DNA of 64,000 bases, from the NCBI GenBank assembly GCA_964658305.1, contig OZ210885.1:2046001-2110000 (forward strand), given 5' to 3'. Of this stretch, positions 49,401-61,587 are shown in pieces. Source of the stretch: Leptogorgia sarmentosa. Its lineage: Eukaryota. Position 1 is the first letter of the stretch; every line of letters starts with the position of its first letter. Both the position numbers and the translations under genes were made by a program. The notes beneath the pieces were generated by a model, which saw only the letters and a program-made list of their open reading frames with translations, was not told the DNA's origin and did no database searches.

Positions 49401-52400
49401 ACGCAGTCTTGCATACAGTGGTCCAGTTTTATGGAATAATTTGCCATCATCGGTGAAATCTGCACCAACTTTGAACATTTTCAGAAACCTTATGACTTGA
49501 TTTGTTTTTGTAATAGATTGTAAATAATATTAGAGTTCATGTTTGTACATAGTTTGTAAAATTTGGAGATTATCATGTAAATAGTTGTTTTAGTTTTAGT
49601 TCCGGTTCATTCTCTTAGTAACGGCTTTCCTGAAAAGCAATTCTTGTAAATTGAGGAAACCACCGTTCTGAAATAAAGTTGTCTATCTATCTATCTATTA
49701 ACATGTAATCGCATTGGGTCCTCGTAAAATTAGGGATTAATTTCACTTGTGTTTTCAATGTTTCAGAAATTGAAACTTTGAAAACACGCGTGAAATTAAT
49801 CCTTAATTTTACTCAGGCCTATGCGATTACCTATACAAATTTAACGTTTGGACGTTAATTTCATGCAGGTTCCTTACACGCAATTACAACGACGGACCCT
49901 AATTAGACGCGCGCAGCACATCCATCATGCGCATCTTCACTGTTTGTTGCACGTTATCATTTCAGAGAGAGTTTATGATATTCATAGCGATGGTTAAACA
50001 AAATACTAACAATGGCCGAAAAACCGCCTCATATAATACAATCACTGCTACTACGTATACATTCTCACTACTATGAATCTCTCCAGCATCAAAGAGAAAT
50101 ATTGAACTTACCCACAACTAGTCTCCAACATAGAATTTTCGCCAACCTACAGCAAACAAACACACAGGATAGTGTCTTAGCTCTCTGAGTCTCTCAAACA
50201 CCAGTAACAACTCGCGAGTAGAATGGGGGACGAAAATGAGACCAACGGTGGGAGAAAAGCCGACGGATAATGCAAAAGACTACAAAGCGACAATGTCGGG
50301 TTTCTCAAGAGGTGGCAAATTGTCGTGCATGCAATGATCGTCCGTTTACATGCCTTGCAATTATTTTTTGCGATTTCCTCTTTTAAGAGATGTGAAAGAG
50401 TCATAGAGTGGATTATTAAACGAACATTATTTTTTTTCGGTGTATTGTGTTCTTTCACCTGGATATTCCTGACATCCACTCTAAGAAGAACTCCACTGCA
50501 CTAGTAACTGCAGCACAAGTTGCAAGTGTATAAATAGGCCTTTTTGGACAAACGGGTTGGCCGGCGTTTCATCATCTCATGCTTACAGCATAAAATTTAC
50601 AACAAACTGAATGCAAGACACACTCTGTGTTAAATATTAATAAATGCATGGTTAAATGTCTTTTGTTTCCACTGATTTACATCACGGAGTAATTACATGC
50701 AGAGGTCTAACTCTTGTACACAACAACGGTAACTCCAAATAACGTAAACATTTTGATTCAACGTTTCGACTTTATTTAGTCATCATCAGGAATGGTTATA
50801 TTACATGTGCATGCGTTTTATATACTCCACGCAATATAATATCTAATTAGAAGAAAACCGATAGTTCTCTAGATGCTAAAGCATCGATTCATCGTTGCTT
50901 CAGCGTCCCACGATTCAGTTCCGTTTTTTGTCGATGAATGGCGAGTGCTTCTTTGAACCTACTTTTTTGTGCGTATGCTCGCAAATTACTTGATGCGTTT
51001 CATTATTTCATCATTTTTTGCCAGGTAGCATTGAAAAAAGTGGGTACATGAAAATGTCACTTTCTAATATTTATAGTTAGACCTCTGCCTGATATATGTA
51101 TACTCTGTGCTTATATCCTCATTTACAGAAACTCTTACCTGTAGTGACGCCATTCCGAAGTCAGCGACTTTTATGTTATGTTTTTCGTCCAATAAAAGGT
51201 TTTCAGGCTTCAGATCACGATGACTAGAATGCAACAAAATGGGATGCATACACAACATGTCAAATTTCCGCTTCCACTTCGCTTCGATAAATTGAAATTT
51301 AGAACCACATTTATTGTTGGTAACATTTTCCATTATCAGTCGCATTATAAAGTTTTTTTGGGAATAATTATCTTCTGTTCCCCCTGAATCGGATTGGCCA
51401 GCATAAAAACTAACTATTTTCCTGGGACTGTTCGTTCGAAGGTTGAATAAACGATTTTTTCAAGCATCCCAAAACAACCGATTCATCAATCTGACACAAT
51501 TATTTTGACATTTCCTTTTACGAATTGTCTGCTCAATTATTGTACTTTTTTTAAGCATTTTTGCGACAGTTGAAAAAATTACCACGCAGTAGTTAGTGCT
51601 AGATTCTATTGTCGAAAAACCAACCCTTATCTTGGGAGAGAAGATTAATAAGTAGCAGGGAATCATGCGCCATTTTTTGAAAATAATTATACTCCTCTAG
51701 CTAAACGAATCAACACCCAGTAATTTTGTCATGCCAAAGCCCCGGTCAATGGGTTGATGAGAATGAGAATTGACATTCACGAAATAAATGTTGAAGGTTC
51801 TAACAATGTTAGAACTTCAATAGAATACATGATGGTGTTAGAAATGCATTAAGAACAGCTAACGCTCTTGTCCTCGTTTGATCTGGTCTTAGTAAGTGTT
51901 TCAATGTCAATCCAAAATATATCATAAAATAAAAGTATAGCAAGAATTGTGACACGCTGTCGTGAACATCTAAAAAAATAATACAAATCAGAAAAAGACT
52001 TACCAAACACAATGCTTGTGACAAAAATCCACAGCTGAGATGATTTGACTGAAGAATCTCCGTGCCTAAAAAACAGAATGTCCCAATGTGAGAACTGGAA
52101 CAATCAACTTTCAAATGAGATTTGGAACAGGAAGCAGTCATTTTAAATGTACCCAATCAGAACGGGTTTTTTCCTTGCATGGGTATTTGAAAACCCTTCT
52201 AAATATTTCAAATAAATCACTTTTCAAAAATATTAATATCTACGCCGTGATAATAATACCAACAAGAGAACTCTAAGATTCTACAATAACAAATTCGTGT
52301 CACAGGCGCTTTAGGAAAATCACTTTTATTGGAGATGTATGTAAAATCACCTCTTTAATAGTTAGTCTTCCTCTTTTAACAAGATAATCAAATAATTCTC

Positions 52401-55400
52401 CACCACCGACGTATTCCAGTATAAGAAACCTAAACAGTGCAAAATGTATGAGATTAATATTCATGCATGAAGCGCGCGCGAATCAACAGCAAGTCACCTG
52501 TCACATTCTTGCAAGTGGACGGACAGGATACTATGAAGGATTGTTTCATCCTGCACGGCTATTGGCCAATCAAGTTACTTATTCTCAAATTTAAAGGCGC
52601 TGTTACACGATGGATTTCATGCTGCAACTTGCAACGCAATTGTACTCTTAAGAGATGTTAATTATAGTGACGACTGTTCAATCAATTTGTAAAGAATTCA
52701 TTCGGAAAGTGTAACGAAGACTCGCACTCGCCAATTTCACATCACCCAACAGTAGAATTGCGTTGCAAGTTGCAAGAAAAATTGAGGATCTCTTTTAATA
52801 GACGATTCGCCCTATGACGAGCGCGTTGCATTGTGGTTTTAGTGGTTTCACAGATATTCAATGTCTCATTTATGCGCCGGTGCAAGAGTCTAAGAAAAGT
52901 TACGGTAAGGTGTGCGATAGGTAACAACATTTTTGCCAAATTGTCCATTAATTTCATTCAACCCTGTAAAAAAACCACAATGCAACGCGCTTCAGTCGGA
53001 ATACTAATAAGGGGAATCAATGGAATATCTACAGTTACTTACAAATGCGTATGATTTTCGTAAACGTCATAAAGTCGTAATACGTGGGGATGTTCAATCA
53101 GCTTCATGATGGCAATCTCTCTTTCAACCTGGAAACAAAAGCATCTTTAGTACTGCTGTCTTATACACTGAATTCATATTGAACTGAAATACTGAATGTC
53201 AGTCGAGATAGGGAGAAATGATAATCATTTTAATTTTTGTAAACATTTATAATTCTATGCCAATGATATTGTTCAAACGATACAATAAGTTTCGACGTTT
53301 AGGGCAAAGGACCTTCTTAATAATCGAAGACGGCTATGAAAGGCCTTTGCGGCTTTGCCCGATGAAGAGCCTTTGAGAAGGGTCGAATCTCATTGTATTG
53401 TTCGGGCAGTGGACTAGAACTTTCGCTGCTTGTTACTCTGTCCGCTGGCCACATATTGAGATAAATTTTCAAACATGTCACTCTCCAAGCGTTTATACAA
53501 AATAATCTGTTTTTTTTCAAAGATCTGAAGGAGAGTCTATAGTACTCGGTTAAAACAGTGAAAATACTGTATTATAATAGGGCACCCAAGTTCAATTTTT
53601 TGGCAGGGAAATATCATTGTATGTCTGATCAAGAAGAATACGACATCAGCTCCCCCAGATCCAATTTATGGCCAACAAAATAACTGTAGTTACGTGGGTT
53701 GCAAAGACAATAAAACGGCGTCTTGTTGCCGCAAATTGATTGATCGTTAAAGATAAAATCATGAGATTTCTTTTATTGAAAAACCATGCATCACGCATGC
53801 CATTGAGATATAACGAACAATATAGATGACTCCAGATACACGCATATACTGCACTTGAACGAGACAAGATGGAAGAACGAAATCTATCAGGACAGCTACT
53901 GACAGAGAACATTATAGAATTTGTAGAATTAGAACAAAAATTTGGTCGCCAATGTTGTAAAATGAGGGTATATATATAATAACAATATTGTTGTGAACCG
54001 TGTTAAAAATTCTATTACAACAGGACTGCAGTGTATCAGAGCTGTTGCGACCACCTTGTAACAAGTCAGATCTGGTCCCTTCAAAGTTGTTCCAAGTTGT
54101 TAAAAGCTTGTTCCGAATATGTTTCAACAATGGACCAATTTCATAATAGACAAAAATTTCGAAATAGTACAATTCATAACAACAGCGTTAAAGAGCATCC
54201 CAAAGTTAGTTAAACTGCAAGGTTTGGTTACGAAATGTTGTAAAATGTGAAAAATATACCCCTGCGAAATTTGGAGATTTTTTATATAATATTTAAGAAA
54301 TAGAAAATATTTTCCGTGTTTCTGTAGATCGAGTTATGGAAACACGCGTGGAAGTTTGGGAGAAACTTACACATTAAGTCTTTCTATAACTTATATAGGA
54401 ACACGGAAAAAATGTTTTCTATTTCCTTTATTAAATAGCTCTTTAAAAACAATGAAAAAGATAAATTTATTGATTTTAATTACATTCATTCAAAGATTCA
54501 TTTTGTTTTTTAATTTCCCGCGCAATCCACGCAACCCGCGTGAAAATCCTCGTGCTTCTATTTAACAATTAGACAACGAGGCTGAGTTGACTATGAGCGA
54601 TCAGATGATCTGATCAACACAGGCACCCACAACATTATGGTTTTGCACAACACAATTTATTGCAGTATCTAAAATATAGTATTTGCACATTTAACATTTA
54701 TTTCATTAAATTTTTATAATAAAACTTATTTTCCCTTTCTTCATTTTGGAGCCTGTTTCAATCCTGGGGCACAGGCTAAATTGCCTCCTTCACCCACTTC
54801 CCCTTCCCACCTGATTCCCACCTGAAAAGTCTGTGCACCTGAGGCCAATAATCATGCATAGTTTGCATAGTTTTTTAGTGCAATTGGCTTCAACACAGAG
54901 AATGTTAATTGTTCAAGGTGGGCTAGGACAAACATCCCTTACGAAAATCTTCCATAGAATATTACATTGGAATATTTCTATACCATATTTGACATTCAAT
55001 TACATTTGACAATTGACATTCGATTACATTCAATAGAAGTTCTATAAAACATTTTCATAGGGGATAGGAAACGTTACAAATGAATAAGCTGTGTTAGTAC
55101 ACAACTAACCCTTATAAATGCTTTTCTTGACCACTAAACAGCTTGTCACATGCCTGCATATCAATTTAATTTTTTTGCAGATAATCAAAAATAACTGCAG
55201 CTGGTCCTGCATGGTCTAAACTTGCTGCCTTCTTGGGGGATTATTGTTTATTGTCTAAATTTAGTATGTACAGTATGTGTCTGCAAATTTGCTCAAAGCA
55301 AATGCCTGAAACGTTTTTTGTTAACTGATGAATAAATACTTGGCCACATACACATAACAGGAAATAAGACAATTTTTACATGCTCAGGTTTTGGCTTAAA

Positions 55401-57126
55401 AATTCCCATCCATATTATTTACCCACAGTATGTATGTAACAGTACTAGTTTGCTGGTAAATGAATAAATTGTTAATGTTGTCAGTGAACATTGCAGAATG
55501 TAGTTGGAAAAATTAAAATATTCTACTTGAATTACTCAATTCAAACATGCATAAGACATTATACATTCTAGTTGCATGTTGTTGTATATTGTATACTCAG
55601 GTGAAGAATGTGATATTCTGTGATGTTACTCTGGGTGTGCGTCAGAGACATTCTGGACAGAAATACACTGTTAGATAGCTTAACTACTAATGCATGTAGC
55701 AAACTAGACTACTTCTCCCAACATCTGACACATGTACGTGGCTCCTTGGGGAATGATCTTGATAATGCATGTGTACATGGATGCATAATTGTCATAATTT
55801 AACACTGCACATATACCCTGCATGAATATTCAATCTCTCCACCACCTTCAACATACAAGGTAGCAACCGGTTATATAAAAGTGACTAGATCATATGTCAA
55901 TTCTGACTATTCTCATGCCTACTACTTATAATTAAAAATACACAGTTCAGTGTGTCATTATACTTTATAATGAACAGACCAGGTATTTAACAACTCAAAA
56001 TGACAACATAAATAAATTATGCATACATACTGTACACTCAATGAAACATATTGGAACAATATTGGTTTCAAAGTCTAATTAATATTTGAATACTCTGTAT
56101 ACCTTTGAAATTCACACATTCACAGTAGAAAAGTTCATAAAGGGCTGAACCGACAAGCATTTCCAGCTCACTATAGCTTATTGTATGACGTTCAAGCTTG
56201 CTTCTTGTGAATATTTACACCTTACAGGTGCAAACATATGCTTGCTATAGCTATATCATAGCATTTTGCCCAAAAACAACATATTTCTCTTGAACAAGTT
56301 ATTCAATATTTCATAATCCGAAATAAAAACATAAAACAGATTAGACGATGAGTTAATCCCAGACAATGCAGCAATATTATTATAGAAATGGAAAAGGTAT
56401 AATTATCAAGCATGATATAGCTCTAGTAGTTGTATGCAACCAGCTGCAGAAATATTTTGGCAAAATTTATCGACTTATTTTGCATTTACGTATGAGATAC
56501 TATCAAAAATCACTCCCGGAGCGGCAAAGTGGAATAGACTTTGAAAAATAAAAACAAAAAGCCTCGAATATCCTTTCAAAATAGGCCATTTTAGAGTACA
56601 AGTAGAAAACTATAAACAAAATAACAGACAGCTGTTGTGTATTTGTATAAACATGCGACTCGGCGTATATTACAAGCTATTCGCAAAATTGAAAAATTAA
56701 CGGATTTGAATGAACCCGAACACGCTGACGATGTCTAATTATTTTTCCATTTTAATTCTCACCTTTGATAATATTTGAGGACTCAATTTTGTCCGGTCTA
56801 TAATCTTAACAGCGACTTTTTCCTTGGTAGTGCAATGTATGCCGAGGCGAACTACCCCTGCAATATAAAGCAAAATCATTTGAAACTAATTTTACATCCC
56901 CGGGGAAAAGCTAGCTATAATTACAGAGAATTAGGCTTAACGTTGTATTTGAAACAGAGCAGGAGCAAATATTTACATGTAACACTAGGCTGCTCTTTGG
57001 GTACAAATTGTATACAATAACATTAAGTACAAATACGAAGTTGGCTAGCAGAGTACCTGTCTGGCCTTTCCCAAGTGTTTGATTCAGTATATAGGGTCCA
57101 ATCGTGCGCTGTCGTTGGTGATCCAT
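34475..57126 (-). CDS. BRSK2: BR serine/threonine-protein kinase (BRSK1/2, SAD-1 family; AMPK-related), 23 coding exons, 649 aa
   Basis: Exons (minus strand): 57126-57057, 56857-56763, 53128-53043, 52429-52351, 52065-52004, 51223-51139, 50146-50112, 43170-43137, 42894-42826, 41645-41598, 41435-41337, 41187-41153, 40671-40516, 40330-40218, 40137-40077, 39828-39763, 39673-39540, 37848-37797, 37290-37227, 37014-36943, 36367-36301, 36066-35950, 34725-34475; total 1950 nt, in frame. Motifs: [81 protein letters not shown]-like [31 protein letters not shown]1-like [10 protein letters not shown]. Co-orthologue of BRSK1/BRSK2, so the symbol is a best label only. Confidence 0.95.
34735..35722. repeat. 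Intronic minisatellite, 19-22-bp unit (AAG)AAGAACACGGTTAACAGGT, ~45-50 copies
   Basis: Direct tandem array filling most of BRSK's last intron, starting ~10 nt from the acceptor. Confidence 0.95.
37945..39244 (-). mobile_element. Non-autonomous Helentron (HINE/DINE-1-like)
   Basis: On the minus strand: TTTTT, subTIR AGTGCAAAGTTTC with adjacent inverted copy, (TAGTCATG)n microsatellite at ~39135-39185, distal subTIR GAAACTTTGCACT, short hairpin ATCC-TT-GGAT and terminal CTAG-TT. Confidence 0.7.
37977..38096. mobile_element. PIF/Harbinger-like MITE nested in the HINE
   Basis: ~45-bp TIRs GGCCTAGGTCGAACGTCGAACTTTTCATG / CATGAAAAGTTCGACGTTTGAACTAGGCC flanked by TAA/TTA. Confidence 0.75.
42030..42420. 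mobile_element. Palindromic Crypton-like non-autonomous element
   Basis: ~150-bp imperfect palindrome centred on CGAGGGCGCAGCCCGAG, with the same architecture as in segment X. Family assignment is tentative. Confidence 0.5.
44382..48150 (-). mobile_element. Head-to-tail dimer of a non-autonomous Helentron (HINE/DINE-1-like): 44382-45769 and 45776-48150
   Basis: Each copy, minus strand: TTTTT, subTIR GTATCTGCG with nearby inverted CGCAGATAT, (GTTAGCT)n microsatellite (8 versus 4 perfect units), distal subTIR CGCAGATAC and hairpin GTACAC-TTT-GTGTAC. AAAAAT occurs at both outer ends and at the junction. Confidence 0.85.
45962..46967. mobile_element. AcademH-like non-autonomous DNA transposon nested in the second HINE copy
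   Basis: Perfect 23-bp TIR TAGCCTCCTCCGCAGGCATCTCT with a 9-bp TSD ACTAGGCAA (45953-45961, 46968-46976). The empty site is present in the first HINE copy. Confidence 0.85.
50745..51000 (-). mobile_element. 3'-end remnant of a Penelope-like element
   Basis: Translates to [20 protein letters not shown] (PLE GIY-YIG C-terminal E...LNR pattern) just upstream of the hammerhead motif. Confidence 0.6.
50756..50793 (-). ncRNA. Minimal type I hammerhead ribozyme in BRSK intron 6 (sense strand)
   Basis: Minus strand ATTC-CTGATGA-T-GACT-AAATAA-AGTC-GAA-ACGT-T-GAAT: stems I and II are paired, stem III is the palindrome ACGT, and the triplet is GUU. Confidence 0.75.
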
Positions 57127-57285
57127 AGCTGGGGAACTCTGTTAAATGTCAAGACCAATCATCGAGGCAAGTGTTGATATTGGGATTAAAATATTGTAAA
57201 CTTTTATCCGATATAAACAGTCGATAATGGCAACACAGCAGTAAATTGCTTGAAAACACGAACCCACATCCGGTTACAATAATAC

Positions 57286-57346
57286 TCCACTTCCGGTGAT
57301 TTCAACACACTTCCGCCTCCCCGCCAACAGCGTACAATGACGTCAT
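57286..57346 (-). promoter_or_regulatory. Putative BRSK proximal promoter
   Basis: ETS-type motifs CCGGAAGTG (57288-57296) and GCGGAAGTG (57308-57316) and a palindromic CRE ATGACGTCAT (57337-57346), 160-220 nt upstream of the ATG. Confidence 0.5.
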
Positions 57347-58356
57347 TAAAAATGAAAAACAACATTAATTTAAACTGTTATCGCGCGCGCAATATCGTCA
57401 AAGCAAATCGCAGCAAAAAAACAAAAACTCGACCTGAAAAATGCGTGGTAGTTTCAATAGGTTTCGATATAAGTACAGTACTAATATCATCCCCGCAATG
57501 ACGTGTTCTCAGAGAAAAACATAATCCCCCAACAAGCGTGGTACCTAAAAGTTAATGCGATGAAAATGATAGCGAAAGAAATACGACACACGTTTATGTT
57601 GTTGCAATTTACAAATATCACGTCTTGTGTATGTTGGCCTTATAAAATGTTGGCTGAAATAAAAAAGTTTTTGTAAAGCAATATATCCAATCATAAACAG
57701 TTGACAAATTGGTTTTGTAAATACAGTGACATTAAAACAGTTATACCCAAGGCTGAAGAATTATATTTGAAGCTCATTCGGGCAAAACCGGCCCTTTCTC
57801 CATATTTGAGCAACCGAAATAGGTTAGGCTTAGAATTTATGTTTCGGTTGCTCATATTGTCATACACGGAAAAAGCGCCGCAAAAACGATGTCATATTTT
57901 GGAAATTCCTGAAACCCCATCTCGGAAACTGAATTTCCGTCACTGTTCCGCTCAATATTCAAAGGGGGGGGGGGGGCACTGGGAAAATCAAAGGGGGGGG
58001 GGGGGTACTATGCGCAGGTGCTATGGGGCCCGCGGTTCTGGGGCGGGGGCGCACGTCACAAAGCCAATGTTTTGCACGTAGCAACGGTTGTCAAAAACGT
58101 GGAAACTGCCTTGAAAATCTACCTTACCATGATGATCAGTTTACGTTCGCTTGACTTGTCAAAGCTGGCAAATAGTTTTCTTTCTGCAAAGGCTAAAATC
58201 ATTTTGGTAGAAACGTTGTTTGTGTATGGCCCCGTTCTGGGCGGGGGAGGGGGGGGGGCAGTAATCACCCAAGGGCCCAACCAAAATGTTTGTGCCAGGG
58301 GCCCCGCGCAAGGTTGATCCGCCCCTGATTATAGAAAAGCGGTCTCACCCATGAGT

Positions 58357-58566
58357 TTTGCGGAATCCGCGTTTTATCCTCATGTGCGGAATTCGCCAAC
58401 GGAATCCGCGTTTTATCCTCATTTGCGGAATCCGCGTTTTATCCTCATTTGCGGAATCCGCGTTTTATCCTCATTTGCGGAATCCGCGTTTTATCCTCAT
58501 TTGCGGAATCCGCGTTTTATCCTCTATGCGGAATCCGCTTACCGAATCCGTGTTTTATCCTCATTT
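58357..58566. repeat. 26-bp tandem repeat TTGCGGAATCCGCGTTTTATCCTCAT (~7 copies)
   Basis: Direct tandem array. Each unit holds a GCGGA-A-TCCGC mini-palindrome. No unique spacers. Confidence 0.9.
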
Positions 58567-59421
58567 ATTATCCTCAATTATCACGTCTTTACGGCGCACT
58601 CGAGATGAAATTAGCGAATACGCGTATACAATACTGTCCAAATTCGCATTTATTTTACCAAATTTATTAGTCTTTTCTAGCTGTGCTAATTTATTTTCTT
58701 AATTCGAATGTTCAGCTAAAAGAGGAAAATTTTTTAATTGTTTCAAATTCCTTTGGAAGTTCGAAGGACCAATTAATTTCCGAGCTATTCCGAACATTAT
58801 CCGACAGCGATTCGTTCGGCCAGGTGAAGTGAATCTGTGAATGTCTGAATGATTTTCGAATATTCAAAGACCTAGCAAAAATCGTCATCCTTCAGGTATG
58901 TTTCTATGTTGTTTAGACCCCCATTTTAGACGTCAAATTTTCGTCGCGCCTAATAAAATTCAAACCATAGTTAATGAGCAAAGTTATTTCATTTTCTATT
59001 GTTTGAATTGCATTCAATGCGACGGAAATTCGACGTCTAAAACGCGCCTTACTGTCCGGTTGCAGAGCGTTCTGCCACGCCTTTGTTCGCTGTATTATTT
59101 TGGCTCGTATATATGTCTTTATTTTCGCTCGTTATTCGGTTATTCCATACTTTACGTGCGTGAACGTGCTGAATTTAAAAACACGTGCAAGCGGAAATCA
59201 GCCTATACTGTCAACATGATTTTAAAATTAGCCTCATGGCCAATGTCCGACTCATTCTGAATGTCAGACTGCCTGCTGGCCGATATTTTAAGGCCTTATC
59301 ATTCATCAACGAAATGATTTCCGGACTGCATTGTTTATATCGCAGTTTATATTGTTTACATTTTGTGATGTCTGGATGTATTTGTATATTTATATTTACG
59401 AGCAATTGCAACATGACTATA

Positions 59422-60004
59422 CAGGGTGTCTCAAAAAAAAGGTAATCCAACTTTGACATGCCATTGTGCGTTAATTAGTGGGTGTACGAACGTGATTTTT
59501 ACATAGTCATAAAGATCAAGGTCTTAGCAGTTGAATGACATATTTCTTGTACGATATGGAAGAAAATCAGGCAAATGCGAGCGTGTTGAAAAATCTCGGT
59601 GAAAAACGCATTCTTTCACCTCTGAGAATTGCAGCTAAACTTATTCAAAATTAACTCCCTCTGGGACTCGAAGATGACGACCTTCCCTTCAACAATCGAC
59701 CTGATTATGCATAATTATTAATAATCCTGATAAAATCTTTGTTACCATGACACATTCGTGATGAATTGCATTTTTCTTTTGTTATGCACTGCTTTAATTG
59801 GGCACAGAGGTGAAAGAATGCGTTTTTCACCGAGATTTTTCAACACGCTCGCATTTGCCTGATTTTCCATATCGTACAAGAAATATGTCATTCAACTGCT
59901 AAGACCTTGATCTTTATGACCATGCAAAAGTCACGTTCGTACACCCAGTAATTAACGCACAATGGCATGCCAAAGTTCGATTACCTTTTTTTTGAGACAC
60001 CCTG
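59422..60004. mobile_element. Tc1/mariner-type MITE with ~200-bp TIRs
   Basis: TA|CAGGGTGTCTCAAAAAAAAGGTAATC ... GATTACCTTTTTTTTGAGACACCCTG|TA. Confidence 0.92.
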
Positions 60005-60574
60005 TATATATAGTGACTGTAGTCCAAGTGCACGTATTTTCCACAAAATAAACCAAAGGTCAAATTATAGAATGCCCGTCCATTTTTGAAACTATATGAC
60101 TTGTTATCGTGATACGATGATACGAAGTGAGAATATTTACGTAACGGCCGTTTTTACAGACGAATAATGCGTCTGGACGACTTTGGCCAACCGGCAGTTT
60201 AAGATGTCTTGAAATCGTTTCGCATAAAGACGGGCGGGAGACGAATTATTCGTCGGGACGATATAAACCATTTAGTGCGGCACCAAAGAAGCACTAAATT
60301 TTTAGGTCGCCTAAAATTATGTGTCTCCCGCCCGCCTTTATACGAAACGATTTTAATCACTGAGCTTAAAGAATTACTGGAGAGAGTGCACGGTAACAAA
60401 AAATGAAGCCAAAACACTGAGATATAATATTACTGGAGAGAGTGCACTCGACTTTTTTCATACAAAGGAGTGAAGCCAAAAACATGGCGGATTTTACCGT
60501 TGCTGACGCCACTGGTTCCTATTTCTCACATAATTTCCACTGACCAACAGCGGTCTCATGTTTCCGACCGACGA

Positions 60575-61587
60575 TGTTTTTGTAAAAAAAAGCCGAAATT
60601 TTGTTTTTATATTGAAAAAATCAAGACGAAAAGGCCGAATTTTTGCACGGCTGAAACGGTTTCGCAATTCTTATAAAAAAAGCAGAGTTTTTTCAACCAA
60701 AAAGGTAAATGTAATCCCTTTTTTATGCAAAAAATTGAATAAAATATTTTCTATAAAGACTACCTTTCAAGTTTCAAATGAGATTTTCGAGCTCTGAATA
60801 TCTGTGTCGCTTAATTTTTAACTAGCTAGAATGGATGTCGCCACTTCTTCAGTCGTCTTGAAGGCAGCAAATGATATCAGAATGTCAAAAAAGGAAGAAA
60901 AACCGAAAAATCCTTTGCAAAAACCAAAATATTTTGGCCAAAACAAGTCTTTAGTGGGCTCAAAGTTAGTTGTGGTCAGTGGTGCTCCAATGAAAATTAG
61001 GAACCAGTGGCGTGGATCTGGCGTGGCAAGCATGAATCCACGCCATAATTTTGGCTTCACTTTTTGATGCCGTGCACTCTCTCCAGTATTTCTTTAGCTC
61101 AGTGAGCCAAAATTATGGCGTGGATTCATTCAAATCCACGCCACTAGCTGGTTCCTAATTTTCATTGGAGCACCACTGACCACAACTAACTTTGAGCCCG
61201 CTAAAGATTTGTTTTGGCGAAAATATTTTGGATTTTTGGTTTTTGCAAAGGATTTTTCGGTTTTCTTCCTTTTTTGACATTCTGATATCATTTGCTGCCT
61301 TCAAGACGACTGAAGAAGTAGCGACATCTATTCTAGTTAGTTAAAAATGAAGCGACACAGATCTTCAGAGCTCGAAAATCTCATTTGAAACTTGAAAGGT
61401 AGTGTTTTAAGAAAATATTTTATTCAATTTTTTGCATAAAAAAGGAATTAGATTTACCTTTCTGGTTGAAAAAAACTGTGCCTTTTTATAAGGATTGCGA
61501 AACCGTTTCAGCCGTACAAAAATTCGGCCTTTTCATCTTGATTTTTTCAACATAAAAACAAAATTTCGGCTTTTCTTTACAAAAACA
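60575..61587. repeat. Foldback structure: ~485-bp inverted arms around a ~40-bp spacer
   Basis: 60575-61061 is the imperfect reverse complement of 61100-61587. Confidence 0.88.

Larger units (their letters stand above)
43650..49697 (+). mobile_element. 5'-truncated L2/CR1-group LINE (ORF2 RT) split by an insertion at 44382-48156
   Basis: FPDRWKN (to 44381) rejoins AKVFPVHKG...NYRPISVLP (from 48157) in frame. Motifs [26 protein letters not shown]. 3' end AATAAA plus (TCTA)4 tail. Confidence 0.92.

Noticed and set aside
53286..53400. Two hammerhead-like motifs on opposite strands
   Set aside because: Catalytic cores are mutated (CCGATGA...GAAT; TTAAGAA...GAAA) and stems are poor; at most dead PLE relics.
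58357..58566. Palindromic 26-bp repeats resembling a CRISPR array; ORFs 58351-58702
   Set aside because: Units are contiguous with no unique spacers, there are no cas genes, and the context is eukaryotic. The ORFs are repeat translations.
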